From positions 10,501 to 74,500 of the forward strand of contig CAZVIH010000066.1 in assembly GCA_964627755.1 (NCBI GenBank): DNA of 64,000 nucleotides, in the 5' to 3' direction. Below are positions 9,571-18,212 of the stretch, piece by piece. The notes under the pieces are model-generated. The model saw only the letters and a list, made by a program, of their open reading frames with translations. It was not told the DNA's origin and ran no database searches. How positions within the stretch are numbered: the stretch's first letter is position 1; the number at the start of each line of letters is the position of its first letter. The stretch comes from an uncultured Anaerolineales bacterium (GTDB lineage Bacteria > Chloroflexota > Anaerolineae > Anaerolineales > UBA11858). Made by a program: the position numbers and the translations under genes.

Positions 9571-9664
9571 TCGAGTTCATTAAATTGGGATAGAAAATCA
9601 TCCGATTATTTTGGCTAAATAACAACCCAGGAATACAATTGCATTAAGGCAGGAGGCAAGGAAA

Positions 9665-10660
9665 TTGGAAGATAGAGAAGTTATTCTTAATATTCAGAAC
9701 ATGAGAACTACTTTTGCAACGCAGGATGGACTGGTTCATGCAGTTAATGGAATTTCCTATCAACTCCATGGGGGAGAAACGATCGGTATTGTTGGAGAAA
9801 GCGGCTGCGGTAAAAGCGTCTCCATGTTGTCTGTCATGCAGTTGCTGGAAGTACCCCCAGCCAAGATCATGGCTGACGCGATCTATTTTAAAGGTGAGAA
9901 TCTCCTAGATTACCATCCCAGCGATATGCGCAAGATCCGGGGCAGTAAAATTGCCATGATCTTCCAGGATCCGATGACCTCACTAAATCCTGTGCTGACG
10001 ATCGGATTTCAGATCAAAGAACCCCTTAAATTACACCTTGGTATGGATGACAATGCCGCAAACGCGAGAGCAGCGGAATTGTTAAAACAGGTGGGCATTC
10101 CGGATGCTGAAAGCCGCCTGAATGATTATCCCCACCAATTTTCGGGAGGTATGCGGCAGCGCGCTATGATCGCTATAGCCCTGGCCTGTAATCCCACTTT
10201 ATTAATTGCCGATGAGCCCACTACATCTCTGGATGTAACCATTCAAGCTCAACTGATTGAATTGGTCAAGGAACTGCAGAATGAATTAGGCATGGCTTTG
10301 ATTTGGATCACTCATGACTTGGGGGTGGTGGCTGGATTGGCTGAACGGGTGATCGTCATGTACGCCGGATTCATAGTTGAAGATGCCCAGGTAGATTCTC
10401 TCTATGAACAACCACGCCATCCATATACGTACGCATTATTAAAATCTCTACCAAAGATCACTGAAGAACCGGGAGAAAAATTGGAAACCATCGAAGGCTT
10501 GCCCCCGGATCTGCTGGAGCTGCCACAAGGCTGCCCTTTTGCCCCGCGCTGTGCTTTCGCAAAAGATAAATGCAGAAATGAAAACCCCGATTTGATCGAA
10601 ATCTCCCTTGACCACAGAATAGCCTGCTGGGTAGACATAACAACAGGAGAGCTTCGATGA
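9665..10660 (+). CDS. oligopeptide/dipeptide ABC transporter ATP-binding protein (OppD/DppD type)
   Basis: Walker A GESGCGKS, signature FSGGMRQR, Walker [14 protein letters not shown]-terminal Cys-rich oligopeptide-ABC domain. TTG start 8 nt after AGGAGG. Confidence 0.9.
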   Translation: MEDREVILNIQNMRTTFATQDGLVHAVNGISYQLHGGETIGIVGESGCGKSVSMLSVMQLLEVPPAKIMADAIYFKGENLLDYHPSDMRKIRGSKIAMIFQDPMTSLNPVLTIGFQIKEPLKLHLGMDDNAANARAAELLKQVGIPDAESRLNDYPHQFSGGMRQRAMIAIALACNPTLLIADEPTTSLDVTIQAQLIELVKELQNELGMALIWITHDLGVVAGLAERVIVMYAGFIVEDAQVDSLYEQPRHPYTYALLKSLPKITEEPGEKLETIEGLPPDLLELPQGCPFAPRCAFAKDKCRNENPDLIEISLDHRIACWVDITTGELR

Positions 10661-11664
10661 GTGAGAATAATACTCTTGTTCGGGTTGAAAAATTAGTCAA
10701 ACATTTTCCCATCACCCGGGGAATTCTGTTTCAGAAACAGGTTGGCGCCGTCAAGGCCGTTGACAGCGTTAATTTCTTTATCAAAAAAGGTGAAACCTTG
10801 GGTCTGGTGGGGGAAAGCGGCTGCGGGAAAACAACCACCGGCCGGACCATCCTCCAGCTCCATAAACCCACCTCTGGTGATGTTTACTTCCGGGATATTA
10901 ATTTAACAACAGCCAGTGATAGTAAACTTCGGGAGCTGCGCCGGTATATGCAGATCATTTTCCAAGACCCTTATGCTTCTCTGAATCCCCGCATGACGGT
11001 GGGTCGGATCATTGCTGAACCTCTTGATATTCATAATATTGGAACGGCCAACGAAAGAAAGGAACGCGTCCAGGAACTGCTGCGTTTGGTGGGATTAAAC
11101 CCCTATTTTGTGAACCGCTACCCCCATGAATTCTCTGGCGGGCAGCGACAGCGCATTGGTGTGGCTCGGGCCCTGGCATTGGAACCGGAATTCATTATCT
11201 GCGACGAACCCATCTCAGCCCTGGATGTCTCCATTCAGGCCCAGGTTGTGAACTTACTGGAGGAGCTTCAGGAAAAACTTGGTCTGACCTATCTGTTTAT
11301 CGCTCATGACCTGAGCATGGTCCGGCATATTTCCAACCGCATTGCTGTGATGTACCTGGGCAAAATTGTCGAGCTGGCAGAGCGGGAAGTACTCTTTAAT
11401 AACACCCTGCATCCCTATTCGATTGCCCTGTTATCAGCTGTCCCATTACATAATCCAGCACTGGAACGGGAGCGTAAACGCATCATTCTTAGCGGAGATG
11501 TTCCCAGCCCAGCAAACCCCCCATCCGGGTGTCGCTTCCACACCCGCTGCCCCATTGCGGAGAAGCGCTGTTCAGTGGAGGATCCCGAATTCCGAGAGTA
11601 TGAAAAAGACCACTGGGTTGCCTGTCACTTTGTTGAAAAAGCCCAGCAGAAAATGTTGAATTAA
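10657..11664 (+). CDS. oligopeptide/dipeptide ABC transporter ATP-binding protein (OppF/DppF type)
   Basis: [17 protein letters not shown] and [11 protein letters not shown] motifs. 4-nt ATGA overlap with the previous gene. Confidence 0.9.
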   Translation: MSENNTLVRVEKLVKHFPITRGILFQKQVGAVKAVDSVNFFIKKGETLGLVGESGCGKTTTGRTILQLHKPTSGDVYFRDINLTTASDSKLRELRRYMQIIFQDPYASLNPRMTVGRIIAEPLDIHNIGTANERKERVQELLRLVGLNPYFVNRYPHEFSGGQRQRIGVARALALEPEFIICDEPISALDVSIQAQVVNLLEELQEKLGLTYLFIAHDLSMVRHISNRIAVMYLGKIVELAEREVLFNNTLHPYSIALLSAVPLHNPALERERKRIILSGDVPSPANPPSGCRFHTRCPIAEKRCSVEDPEFREYEKDHWVACHFVEKAQQKMLN

Positions 11665-11798
11665 AATCAACCAATAAATATCCTGCCCAATGTTTTTTAA
11701 GGATTCATCTTGATTAAAGGAGGTGATGCCCCTCATAAGAACCCAGTAGAACGATAACGCAAGAATAGTACTTAATTTATTTTAAGGAGAAGAAAATA

Positions 11799-13532
11799 AT
11801 GAGTAAAAAACTGTTTACGATTATTTCCTTGCTGATATTGGCCAGCCTGGTGTTGTCTGCCTGCGGCCCTAAAGTCAAGGAAGGAACCGTTGCCACAGAA
11901 GATGTGGTAACTAATTATGGCTGGACCGATACAGATATCCCCACCCTCGATCCCCAGTTAGGAGAGGATGAAGTCTCCATCAACTACATTAACAACCTGT
12001 TTGTCCACCTCACTAACTATGATTTGGTGACGTCAGAAGTTATTCCCGAGGCAGCGACCTCCTGGGACATCAGCGACGACAATCTGACCTACACCTTCAC
12101 CCTCCGCACCGATATTCCTTGGGTGAATCACAATCCTGAGACCGGTGAAGTGAAACAGGAAGTGGATGCTGACGGCAATCCCCGTTTCTTGACTGCCCAT
12201 GACTTTGTCTACGGCATAAAACGGGCCTGCGATCCCAACTTGGCTTCCTACTACAGCTCGGTCATCGCCCCCTTCATCGTTGGCTGTGCTGATTACTTGA
12301 ACTATGAAGATCCTGAGAACATCCCGGCTGAGATGTATGATGCCATCGGTGTTTCTGCCCCGGCGGATGACACCTTGGTGGTCAACCTCCCCGAACCGGC
12401 AAGTTTCTTCCTTTCCATGACCCCGATGTGGACCATAACGGCAACCCCGCAGTGGGCTATTGAGGAGTACGGCGATCAGTGGATCGAAGCCGGCAACATC
12501 GTTACCAACGGACGCTATGTACTGCATGAATGGACCCACGGTGTCTCCCGAACGGTTCTGCGCAACCCGCTGATCCCGGAAGACTTGTATGGTAATGGCA
12601 ACGTTGAGAAGATTGAAGTCAATGTTGTTCCTGATGCTTCCACTGGCTATGCCCTCTGGCTCAACAATGAAATTGATGAGGCAGGTATTCCTGACGAGGA
12701 GCTGCAGACTCAATTATCCGAGTTTGCAGACGAAACCGCCCAGGTACCTAGACTGACTGTCTACTACATCGCCTTCCGCACCACCAAGGCTCCTTTTGAT
12801 GACGCTCGCGTCCGCGCTGCTTTCTCGGCAGCATTTGACCGCGCTGCTTTCATCGAAGTAGTTAGGCAAGGATACGGCATTGTCATGAATCACTTTGCGC
12901 CTCCTGGAATGTTCGGTGCTCCCCCCATTGACGAAGTGGGTGTGGGCTTTGATCCCGAATATGCTCGCGAGGAGCTGGCCGCTGCCGGATACCCCGACTG
13001 TGAAGGATTCCCCCAGATCACACTGCTGGGATATAGCGGTCAGGGTACACTGAACTGGATTGAGTTTGCCCAGGCGCAGTGGGAAGAAAATCTGGGCTGC
13101 TCCGCAGATTTGATCCAGATTGAGCAGCAGGATTTCTCTGACCTGCTGACCACCACTTTGGCTGATGACGCTGAAGCTCCCCACATGTGGACCCTTGGTT
13201 GGGGCCCCGACTACCCAGATGAGAATAACTGGGTTGGCGACGTGTTGTACTGCACCACCAACACTCGCGCCAAACGCGCCTGCAGTGATGTCGATGATCT
13301 TATTGTCGAAGCTCGCATTGAGACCGATCCTGCCAAACGAATTGAGATGTATCGTGAGATTGAATCGAAATTCTTTGACAAGGGTGGTGAATTCCCCTTA
13401 ATGCCGCTCTGGTTCAACATCTACTACCTTGCCAGGCACTCCTGGATAGACTATGATTGGGCCGTATTGGGTGGCCAGCAGTGGTATAACTGGACCATTG
13501 ACGCTGAGGCCCAGGCAGCAGCCCGACAGTAA
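11799..13532 (+). CDS. peptide ABC transporter substrate-binding lipoprotein, family 5
   Basis: Lipobox VLSACG, AAGGAG SD, family-5 SBP length. Distinctly C-ending codon usage. Confidence 0.85.
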   Translation: MSKKLFTIISLLILASLVLSACGPKVKEGTVATEDVVTNYGWTDTDIPTLDPQLGEDEVSINYINNLFVHLTNYDLVTSEVIPEAATSWDISDDNLTYTFTLRTDIPWVNHNPETGEVKQEVDADGNPRFLTAHDFVYGIKRACDPNLASYYSSVIAPFIVGCADYLNYEDPENIPAEMYDAIGVSAPADDTLVVNLPEPASFFLSMTPMWTITATPQWAIEEYGDQWIEAGNIVTNGRYVLHEWTHGVSRTVLRNPLIPEDLYGNGNVEKIEVNVVPDASTGYALWLNNEIDEAGIPDEELQTQLSEFADETAQVPRLTVYYIAFRTTKAPFDDARVRAAFSAAFDRAAFIEVVRQGYGIVMNHFAPPGMFGAPPIDEVGVGFDPEYAREELAAAGYPDCEGFPQITLLGYSGQGTLNWIEFAQAQWEENLGCSADLIQIEQQDFSDLLTTTLADDAEAPHMWTLGWGPDYPDENNWVGDVLYCTTNTRAKRACSDVDDLIVEARIETDPAKRIEMYREIESKFFDKGGEFPLMPLWFNIYYLARHSWIDYDWAVLGGQQWYNWTIDAEAQAAARQ

Positions 13533-13554
13533 TCCCTAGGAAAACTGTTTTATT

Positions 13555-13589
13555 GGAGGGCGGCAACCGCCGCCCTCCTCTCAATTTTT
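13555..13589 (+). terminator. intra-operon hairpin/partial terminator after the SBP gene
   Basis: GGAGGGCGGC (13555-13564), aacc loop, GCCGCCCTCC (13569-13578), then tctcaattttt. Confidence 0.6.
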
Positions 13590-13714
13590 CCAGGATCTAA
13601 GCAGGGTAGCCTGTTAGGGAAGGCCTTCCCCAACAGACAAGCCTGGTGAGATACTGAAAGATCGAACAGCGCAGATTAGGCGCTGAAAAAGAGCATCATA
13701 TTGCTGGAGGTTGC

Positions 13715-14686
13715 ATGTTACGATATATTATCCGACGTTTGTTAATCGCTTTACCGGTGGTTTTTCTGGTAATCCTGGCCACCTTTGTGCTGGTGCAGGC
13801 CATGCCAGGCGGCCCATTTGACAGCGTTGGTCAGCGGGCTATGCCTGAAAACATGATCAGGATCCTGGAAAGGCGTTACGGCCTGGACAAGCCGCTCTAT
13901 GAGCAGTTCTTCCGGTACTTTGTGAATATCCTCAAGGGCGATTTTGGACCCATGTTCCGGGAGCCGTCTTCGACGGTGAGTGATATCCTCAGCCGGACCT
14001 TTCCGGTTTCGTTTCAACTGGGATTAATGGCCACGATCTTGGCATTTACAATCGGAATTCCCATTGGCATCATTGCCGCATTGAATCACAATACTGTAAT
14101 CGACTACATCGCCACTTTCTTGGCCGTGATCAGCATTTCCATTCCAGCTCTGGTGCTGGGGCCGGTGCTGATCTATTTTTTCGCCTTAAAACTGCAGTGG
14201 TTCCCAATAGCCTTCTGGGGTGAAAACCCACCCTTTTTCCTGGGGTTGATCCCTCCATTCTCCAAGGATTTTTTCACCCACGCGGCCTTACCGGTCTTTT
14301 CCCTGGGAACTGGGGCAGCAGCTGCCATCGCCCGCTTAACCAGGGCTGGATTGCTGGAAGTACTATCCTCTGATTACATCCGCACAGCCCGGGCCAAGGG
14401 ATTGAAGGAAAGAGTAGTGATTGTTGTCCATGCCCTTAAAAACTCGTTGATCCCGGTAGTTACCATCTTGGGTCCACTGCTGGCCGGTATTTTAACCGGT
14501 GCATTTGTGACTGAAACGATCTTTGCTATTAACGGCATGGGTCGGCGTTTGGTCACCAGCATCGGACAGAGGGAATATTTCTTACAGACCGGATTGGTGC
14601 TAATCTATGGGATTTTGCTTGTCGCGGGAAACCTGCTGGTGGATGTGATGTACGCCTGGTTAGACCCTAGAATTCGTTATGATTAG
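13715..14686 (+). CDS. peptide ABC transporter permease (OppB/DppB type)
   Basis: 323-aa polytopic protein with the typical N-terminus MLRYIIRRLL and BPD-transporter EAA-like loop (YIRTARAKGL). Confidence 0.9.
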   Translation: MLRYIIRRLLIALPVVFLVILATFVLVQAMPGGPFDSVGQRAMPENMIRILERRYGLDKPLYEQFFRYFVNILKGDFGPMFREPSSTVSDILSRTFPVSFQLGLMATILAFTIGIPIGIIAALNHNTVIDYIATFLAVISISIPALVLGPVLIYFFALKLQWFPIAFWGENPPFFLGLIPPFSKDFFTHAALPVFSLGTGAAAAIARLTRAGLLEVLSSDYIRTARAKGLKERVVIVVHALKNSLIPVVTILGPLLAGILTGAFVTETIFAINGMGRRLVTSIGQREYFLQTGLVLIYGILLVAGNLLVDVMYAWLDPRIRYD

Positions 14687-14698
14687 GAATGGAGTATT

Positions 14699-15751
14699 AT
14701 GTCACCTGAAAAAGAGCTTGAGAATTTAGCAGATCAAAAAAATTGGCAAGAATATGGAAAAGGACGCAGCCCGTTCCAGGATGCTTTACGGGAGTTCAGG
14801 CGAAACAAGATCGCGGTCGGGGGGGTTATTTTCGTTGTATTAATGCTTCTGGTAGCCATCTTTGCTCCGCTGATCACTCCCTATGATTTTGACCAGCAGA
14901 ATCAAACCAGTAACCGTGAAAACGCTTTCAGCGGCTATGATATCACCACTGATTTTGCCGAGGAAAACTGCCACTGGTACAACACTCCCTTAGAATGGGG
15001 TTGCACCTTCTTCATTGCCGGATCGGACGTATTGGGTCGAGACCTGTGGAGCCGACTGATGTATGGCGCCCGAGTATCACTATCAGTTGCTTTTGCGGCA
15101 TCCTTTGTTTCCCTGACCATCGGCATTCTTTTTGGGACCATATCTGGATATATTGGGGGCAAGACTGATATGCTCATGATGCGGATTGTTGACTTTTTAT
15201 ATGCTATACCGATACTACCAATCATCATAATGATGACAGTTTATTTTAAAGCTTTGGCCCGGAGAGGTGTAACTTCCGGTTTCATGGGCACCCTGATTTT
15301 GTTAAACAAAGCGACGGGAGGTTTATTCTTCGTGTTTGTTGCTATCGGGGCTTTGAACTGGCTGGGGCAGGCCCGCCAGGCCAGGGGCCAGGTCCTTGCT
15401 TTTAAAGAAAAGGAATTCGTGGAAGCAGCCCGGGCGATTGGCGCCAAGGACGGTCATATTATGCTCAAACACCTCCTGCCCAATATCATCGGCCCCCTGC
15501 TGATCGTCGAGTCCATGGCTATTCCGGGATACATTTTTCTAGAAGCCACCCTGAGCTTTATCGGCTTGGGTGTGGATCCACCCACTCCCAGCTGGGGCGC
15601 CATGATCAACGAGGGCTACAGCACCATCAAATCCAACCCGCATCTGGTGCTTTTTCCCGCTGTTACCCTGGGTTTAACAACCTTGGCTTTCAACTTCATG
15701 GGTGACGGCTTGCGAGACGCCTTTGATGCCCGCTTGCGGGGGAGGAAATAA
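14699..15751 (+). CDS. peptide ABC transporter permease (OppC/DppC type)
   Basis: Polytopic protein with EAARAIGA loop. Adjacent to the OppB-type permease. Confidence 0.9.
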   Translation: MSPEKELENLADQKNWQEYGKGRSPFQDALREFRRNKIAVGGVIFVVLMLLVAIFAPLITPYDFDQQNQTSNRENAFSGYDITTDFAEENCHWYNTPLEWGCTFFIAGSDVLGRDLWSRLMYGARVSLSVAFAASFVSLTIGILFGTISGYIGGKTDMLMMRIVDFLYAIPILPIIIMMTVYFKALARRGVTSGFMGTLILLNKATGGLFFVFVAIGALNWLGQARQARGQVLAFKEKEFVEAARAIGAKDGHIMLKHLLPNIIGPLLIVESMAIPGYIFLEATLSFIGLGVDPPTPSWGAMINEGYSTIKSNPHLVLFPAVTLGLTTLAFNFMGDGLRDAFDARLRGRK

Positions 15752-15755
15752 GGGC

Positions 15756-16148
15756 ATGAAAAATACAAGACTACTAAGTATATTTGCAGTTGTTATTCTC
15801 CTGTTCATTGTCAGCCTGGCCTGCAACCAGGCCGGAGATATTATTACACCTGCAGAGGCTACTCAGCGCTATGAAGCCACACAATCCGCTGCTGTCAGCG
15901 GAGTGACCGGGGATGCGGAAGGTGCAACCTTCCTGGCAGGGACCGAGGTGTCACTAGCGAGTCGGGAATTCATCATCAATATCGTTAGAAACCCGGGAGA
16001 GACTGATGCTTTTGCATACGGCTATCGGGGTGATGGAGTCACGGTAGAAGGTTCCATACTTCATGATGGTGAGATTTGGTATCTAATCGATACTTTTTCC
16101 GGAACCGGATGGGTGCCGGAAAGCAATTTAGCACCCCTTGAAGATTAG
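15756..16148 (+). CDS. small lipoprotein with SH3b-like C-terminal domain
   Basis: ATG 15756 preceded by GGAGGA. Lipobox SLACN. WYLIDTFSGTGWVPESNL is SH3-like. The track start at 15702 lies inside the permease gene and is rejected. Confidence 0.6.
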   Translation: MKNTRLLSIFAVVILLFIVSLACNQAGDIITPAEATQRYEATQSAAVSGVTGDAEGATFLAGTEVSLASREFIINIVRNPGETDAFAYGYRGDGVTVEGSILHDGEIWYLIDTFSGTGWVPESNLAPLED

Positions 16149-16183
16149 TAAAATAAAACAATAAAATCATAAAGACCAGGTGA

Positions 16184-16212
16184 ACCAGCCTGGTCTTTTT
16201 TTATATATCTAT
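16184..16212 (+). terminator. intrinsic terminator of the peptide ABC operon
   Basis: GACCAGG (16184-16190) and CCTGGTC (16199-16205), followed by T7. Confidence 0.7.
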
Positions 16213-16250
16213 AGTTCTCTGGGATGGCTTCAGGCAGTACCTCCCTCCAA

Positions 16251-16278
16251 TTGCTTTTAAGTGAGTTCAGGATATAAT
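16251..16278 (+). promoter_or_regulatory. sigma70-like promoter (TTGCTT-16-TATAAT)
   Basis: TTGCTT at 16251-16256 and TATAAT at 16273-16278. AAGGAG SD at 16305-16310 before ATG 16317. Confidence 0.5.
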
Positions 16279-16316
16279 CTCTGATAGTTTTTGCCTGGGC
16301 CAGTAAGGAGAAAAAC

Positions 16317-18101
16317 ATGGGTTGGTTCCGAAAATCAAGATTATTCACCGGGCTTAAGCTGGTGCTTCTAGCTGTTGTGATCTCTGGGTGTTCCAGTTTG
16401 TCACAGCCTAGCCTGTGGGTGAAATCAGAGGGCTGGAGCAGAGCATTAATATTGGGCCAAACAAGCCTGGCTGCCCCTGCACCTGCTTCCGTTGACGAAA
16501 AGGGAGAGGTCACCATTCTACTCTTCCCTAAGCTTGAAAATGAAGAGGATCAGTACCAACCGGAAATTGTCATTTTATCAAAATCAGGGCAAATCAGGAG
16601 CAAAACTCCTGTGGATCTGCAAATTTCCAAGCCGGCAGATGCTGAGATTAGATATTCAAATGGTCATTTTACTCTTTTCTGGCTGCAGAACTACCAGCTG
16701 AACTCGATCCAGATCAGCCAGGATGGCCAGGTATTATCTGAAAGCCAGCTCTTGTCGGGTGACACCCGCATCTACAAGTTCAATGTGATCGATACACCTA
16801 ATGGTTATGCCATTGCCTGTTCGGGAGGCCGAGATTACCCGGGTGTCTTTATTCTCCTGGGGGAGCTGGACGAACTACAAAGGATTGATATCGACCCGGA
16901 CGGCATCCGCCCGGTCCAGTATCTGGATCCAGCGGGGCAATATCATCTGGGTTGGATTAGGTATCCTTCCGGTTACGGGGATCTTGAGATCTATTACCTC
17001 GTGTCAGATCTACCAGAAATCGATCCGGCACAGAGATTATTAATTCAATCCAGCCCCCTTACACCATCCATCAAGATAACAGGTCCTGCCATGGGCTTTG
17101 ACCGAGAATTGGGATATTTCTTCTGGAGCAAATCGATAGTATCCGGTATGGATGCGGGTTCACAGACCACCTTTCTGCAGTATTTCCCACTGGATCATCC
17201 GGAAGAAGTGCGACCACCCATGAGGATATCTGTACCGGCCAACCAGATTCTGGATGAAGAACCTTTCTACGGTGGATACTTCCAGGTTGGGGAACGGGTC
17301 CTGATGAGTGGGTCCTTTCCCCGCACTGCATTCCTGGATAACATCAGCGTTCTACTGAGTGGCAACCCGGAAATGGCATTTGCTTTTCGCTCGACCTCTG
17401 AATTTAAATGGCGAGATTTCCGCTCCCAGGTAAATGTAGCTTTTATTGAGAATGGGTTGGTGACTTCCTACCAGCCTATCAGCTACACTTCGACGGAATC
17501 CAATTTCCCTCATCTCTTTCAGGATCAAGGACAGAATCTATATCTAACCTGGTTGGAGAAGGAAGACTCGACCTTTTATGCGTACCTATCGACCACGGAT
17601 CCGGCTAAACGGGAAGTGCTGGATTACATTTCTGCGGAGGATTATTTCTACCTGGCTGCCGAGGGCCTGTTTGGCATTCTTGCAGGGGTAGTACTCTCCC
17701 CCTTTGCAGCGGCAGTCTGGGGCGGGGCTGGGCTATTGGCGTTTGTTTTCAACCTGATCCTTTCACAATTCCAAAAACCCATCTACAGGAAAATCGGCGA
17801 ATATCTCAGCATCGCCGGGGGCATTTATATCTTCTGGTGGCTAAAATTTGGAACTTTGCCCGGTCTGAACGGTGGTTATGTGCCTTTTTCTGCCTGGATA
17901 CCCAAGATTCCTGTAGTCCTGGAACAGCCCTTGGTGATTGGTGTTCCCATTCTGATAGGTCTTTTAAGCGCGGTTGTCGCCTGGTCTAGAACCTATAGAA
18001 GGGGATCTGGATCCGCCATCAACTTTTACCTGTTATATTCCGGCATGGATGCTTTATTGTCATGTGCTATTTACGGGATCTTGATTTACGGCTCGTTTTA
18101 G
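16317..18101 (+). CDS. hypothetical lipoprotein-signal protein: beta-rich ectodomain plus C-terminal polytopic membrane domain
   Basis: Lipobox VISGCS. About 430 aa of W/Y-rich repeats, then 4-5 predicted TM helices (FGILAGVVLSPFAAAVWGGAGLLAFVF and following). No family motif recognised. Confidence 0.6.
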   Translation: MGWFRKSRLFTGLKLVLLAVVISGCSSLSQPSLWVKSEGWSRALILGQTSLAAPAPASVDEKGEVTILLFPKLENEEDQYQPEIVILSKSGQIRSKTPVDLQISKPADAEIRYSNGHFTLFWLQNYQLNSIQISQDGQVLSESQLLSGDTRIYKFNVIDTPNGYAIACSGGRDYPGVFILLGELDELQRIDIDPDGIRPVQYLDPAGQYHLGWIRYPSGYGDLEIYYLVSDLPEIDPAQRLLIQSSPLTPSIKITGPAMGFDRELGYFFWSKSIVSGMDAGSQTTFLQYFPLDHPEEVRPPMRISVPANQILDEEPFYGGYFQVGERVLMSGSFPRTAFLDNISVLLSGNPEMAFAFRSTSEFKWRDFRSQVNVAFIENGLVTSYQPISYTSTESNFPHLFQDQGQNLYLTWLEKEDSTFYAYLSTTDPAKREVLDYISAEDYFYLAAEGLFGILAGVVLSPFAAAVWGGAGLLAFVFNLILSQFQKPIYRKIGEYLSIAGGIYIFWWLKFGTLPGLNGGYVPFSAWIPKIPVVLEQPLVIGVPILIGLLSAVVAWSRTYRRGSGSAINFYLLYSGMDALLSCAIYGILIYGSF

Positions 18102-18162
18102 AGGATAACGGAAAATATGCTATAAGGGGTATTTAACCGACCTAATAAATCTGTAATGTAAT

Positions 18163-18184
18163 AACCCCCTCCGGGGGGTTTTTC
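18163..18184 (+). terminator. intrinsic terminator
   Basis: AACCCCC (18163-18169) and GGGGGTT (18174-18180), followed by TTTTCT. Confidence 0.6.
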
Positions 18185-18197
18185 TTATGACCCCGCG

Positions 18198-18206
18198 TGT
18201 TATCAT
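18198..18206 (+). promoter_or_regulatory. extended -10 (TGTTATCAT) 6 nt upstream of ATG 18213; leaderless candidate
   Basis: Reads TGTTATCAT-aaaagc-ATG with no SD. Confidence 0.45.
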
Positions 18207-18212
18207 AAAAGC

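Noticed and set aside
9317-9625. 102-aa minus-strand ORF in the AT-rich spacer upstream of the ABC ATPase genes
   Set aside because: The translation is low-complexity and Ile/Phe/Leu/Asn-rich, typical of AT-rich noncoding DNA. It overlaps the SBP 3' end and two + strand promoter candidates, and has no SD.
11715-11745. AAAGGAGGTGATG followed by a 7-codon ORF (MPLIRTQ) between the ATPase and SBP genes
   Set aside because: The spacing between GGAGG and the ATG is only 2 nt, and the peptide is tiny and unremarkable. It is probably fortuitous.
12033-13184. Long antisense ORFs (226 aa and 156 aa) opposite the second SBP gene
   Set aside because: They share one antisense frame interrupted by a single stop. 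They have low-complexity, Arg/Gly-rich translations and no SD. They are explained as shadow ORFs of a gene with strong C-ending codon bias.
16145-16516. 123-aa minus-strand ORF spanning the 16149-16316 spacer
   Set aside because: It runs across a + strand terminator and promoter and into the 5' end of the well-supported gene at 16317. It has no SD and no motif.
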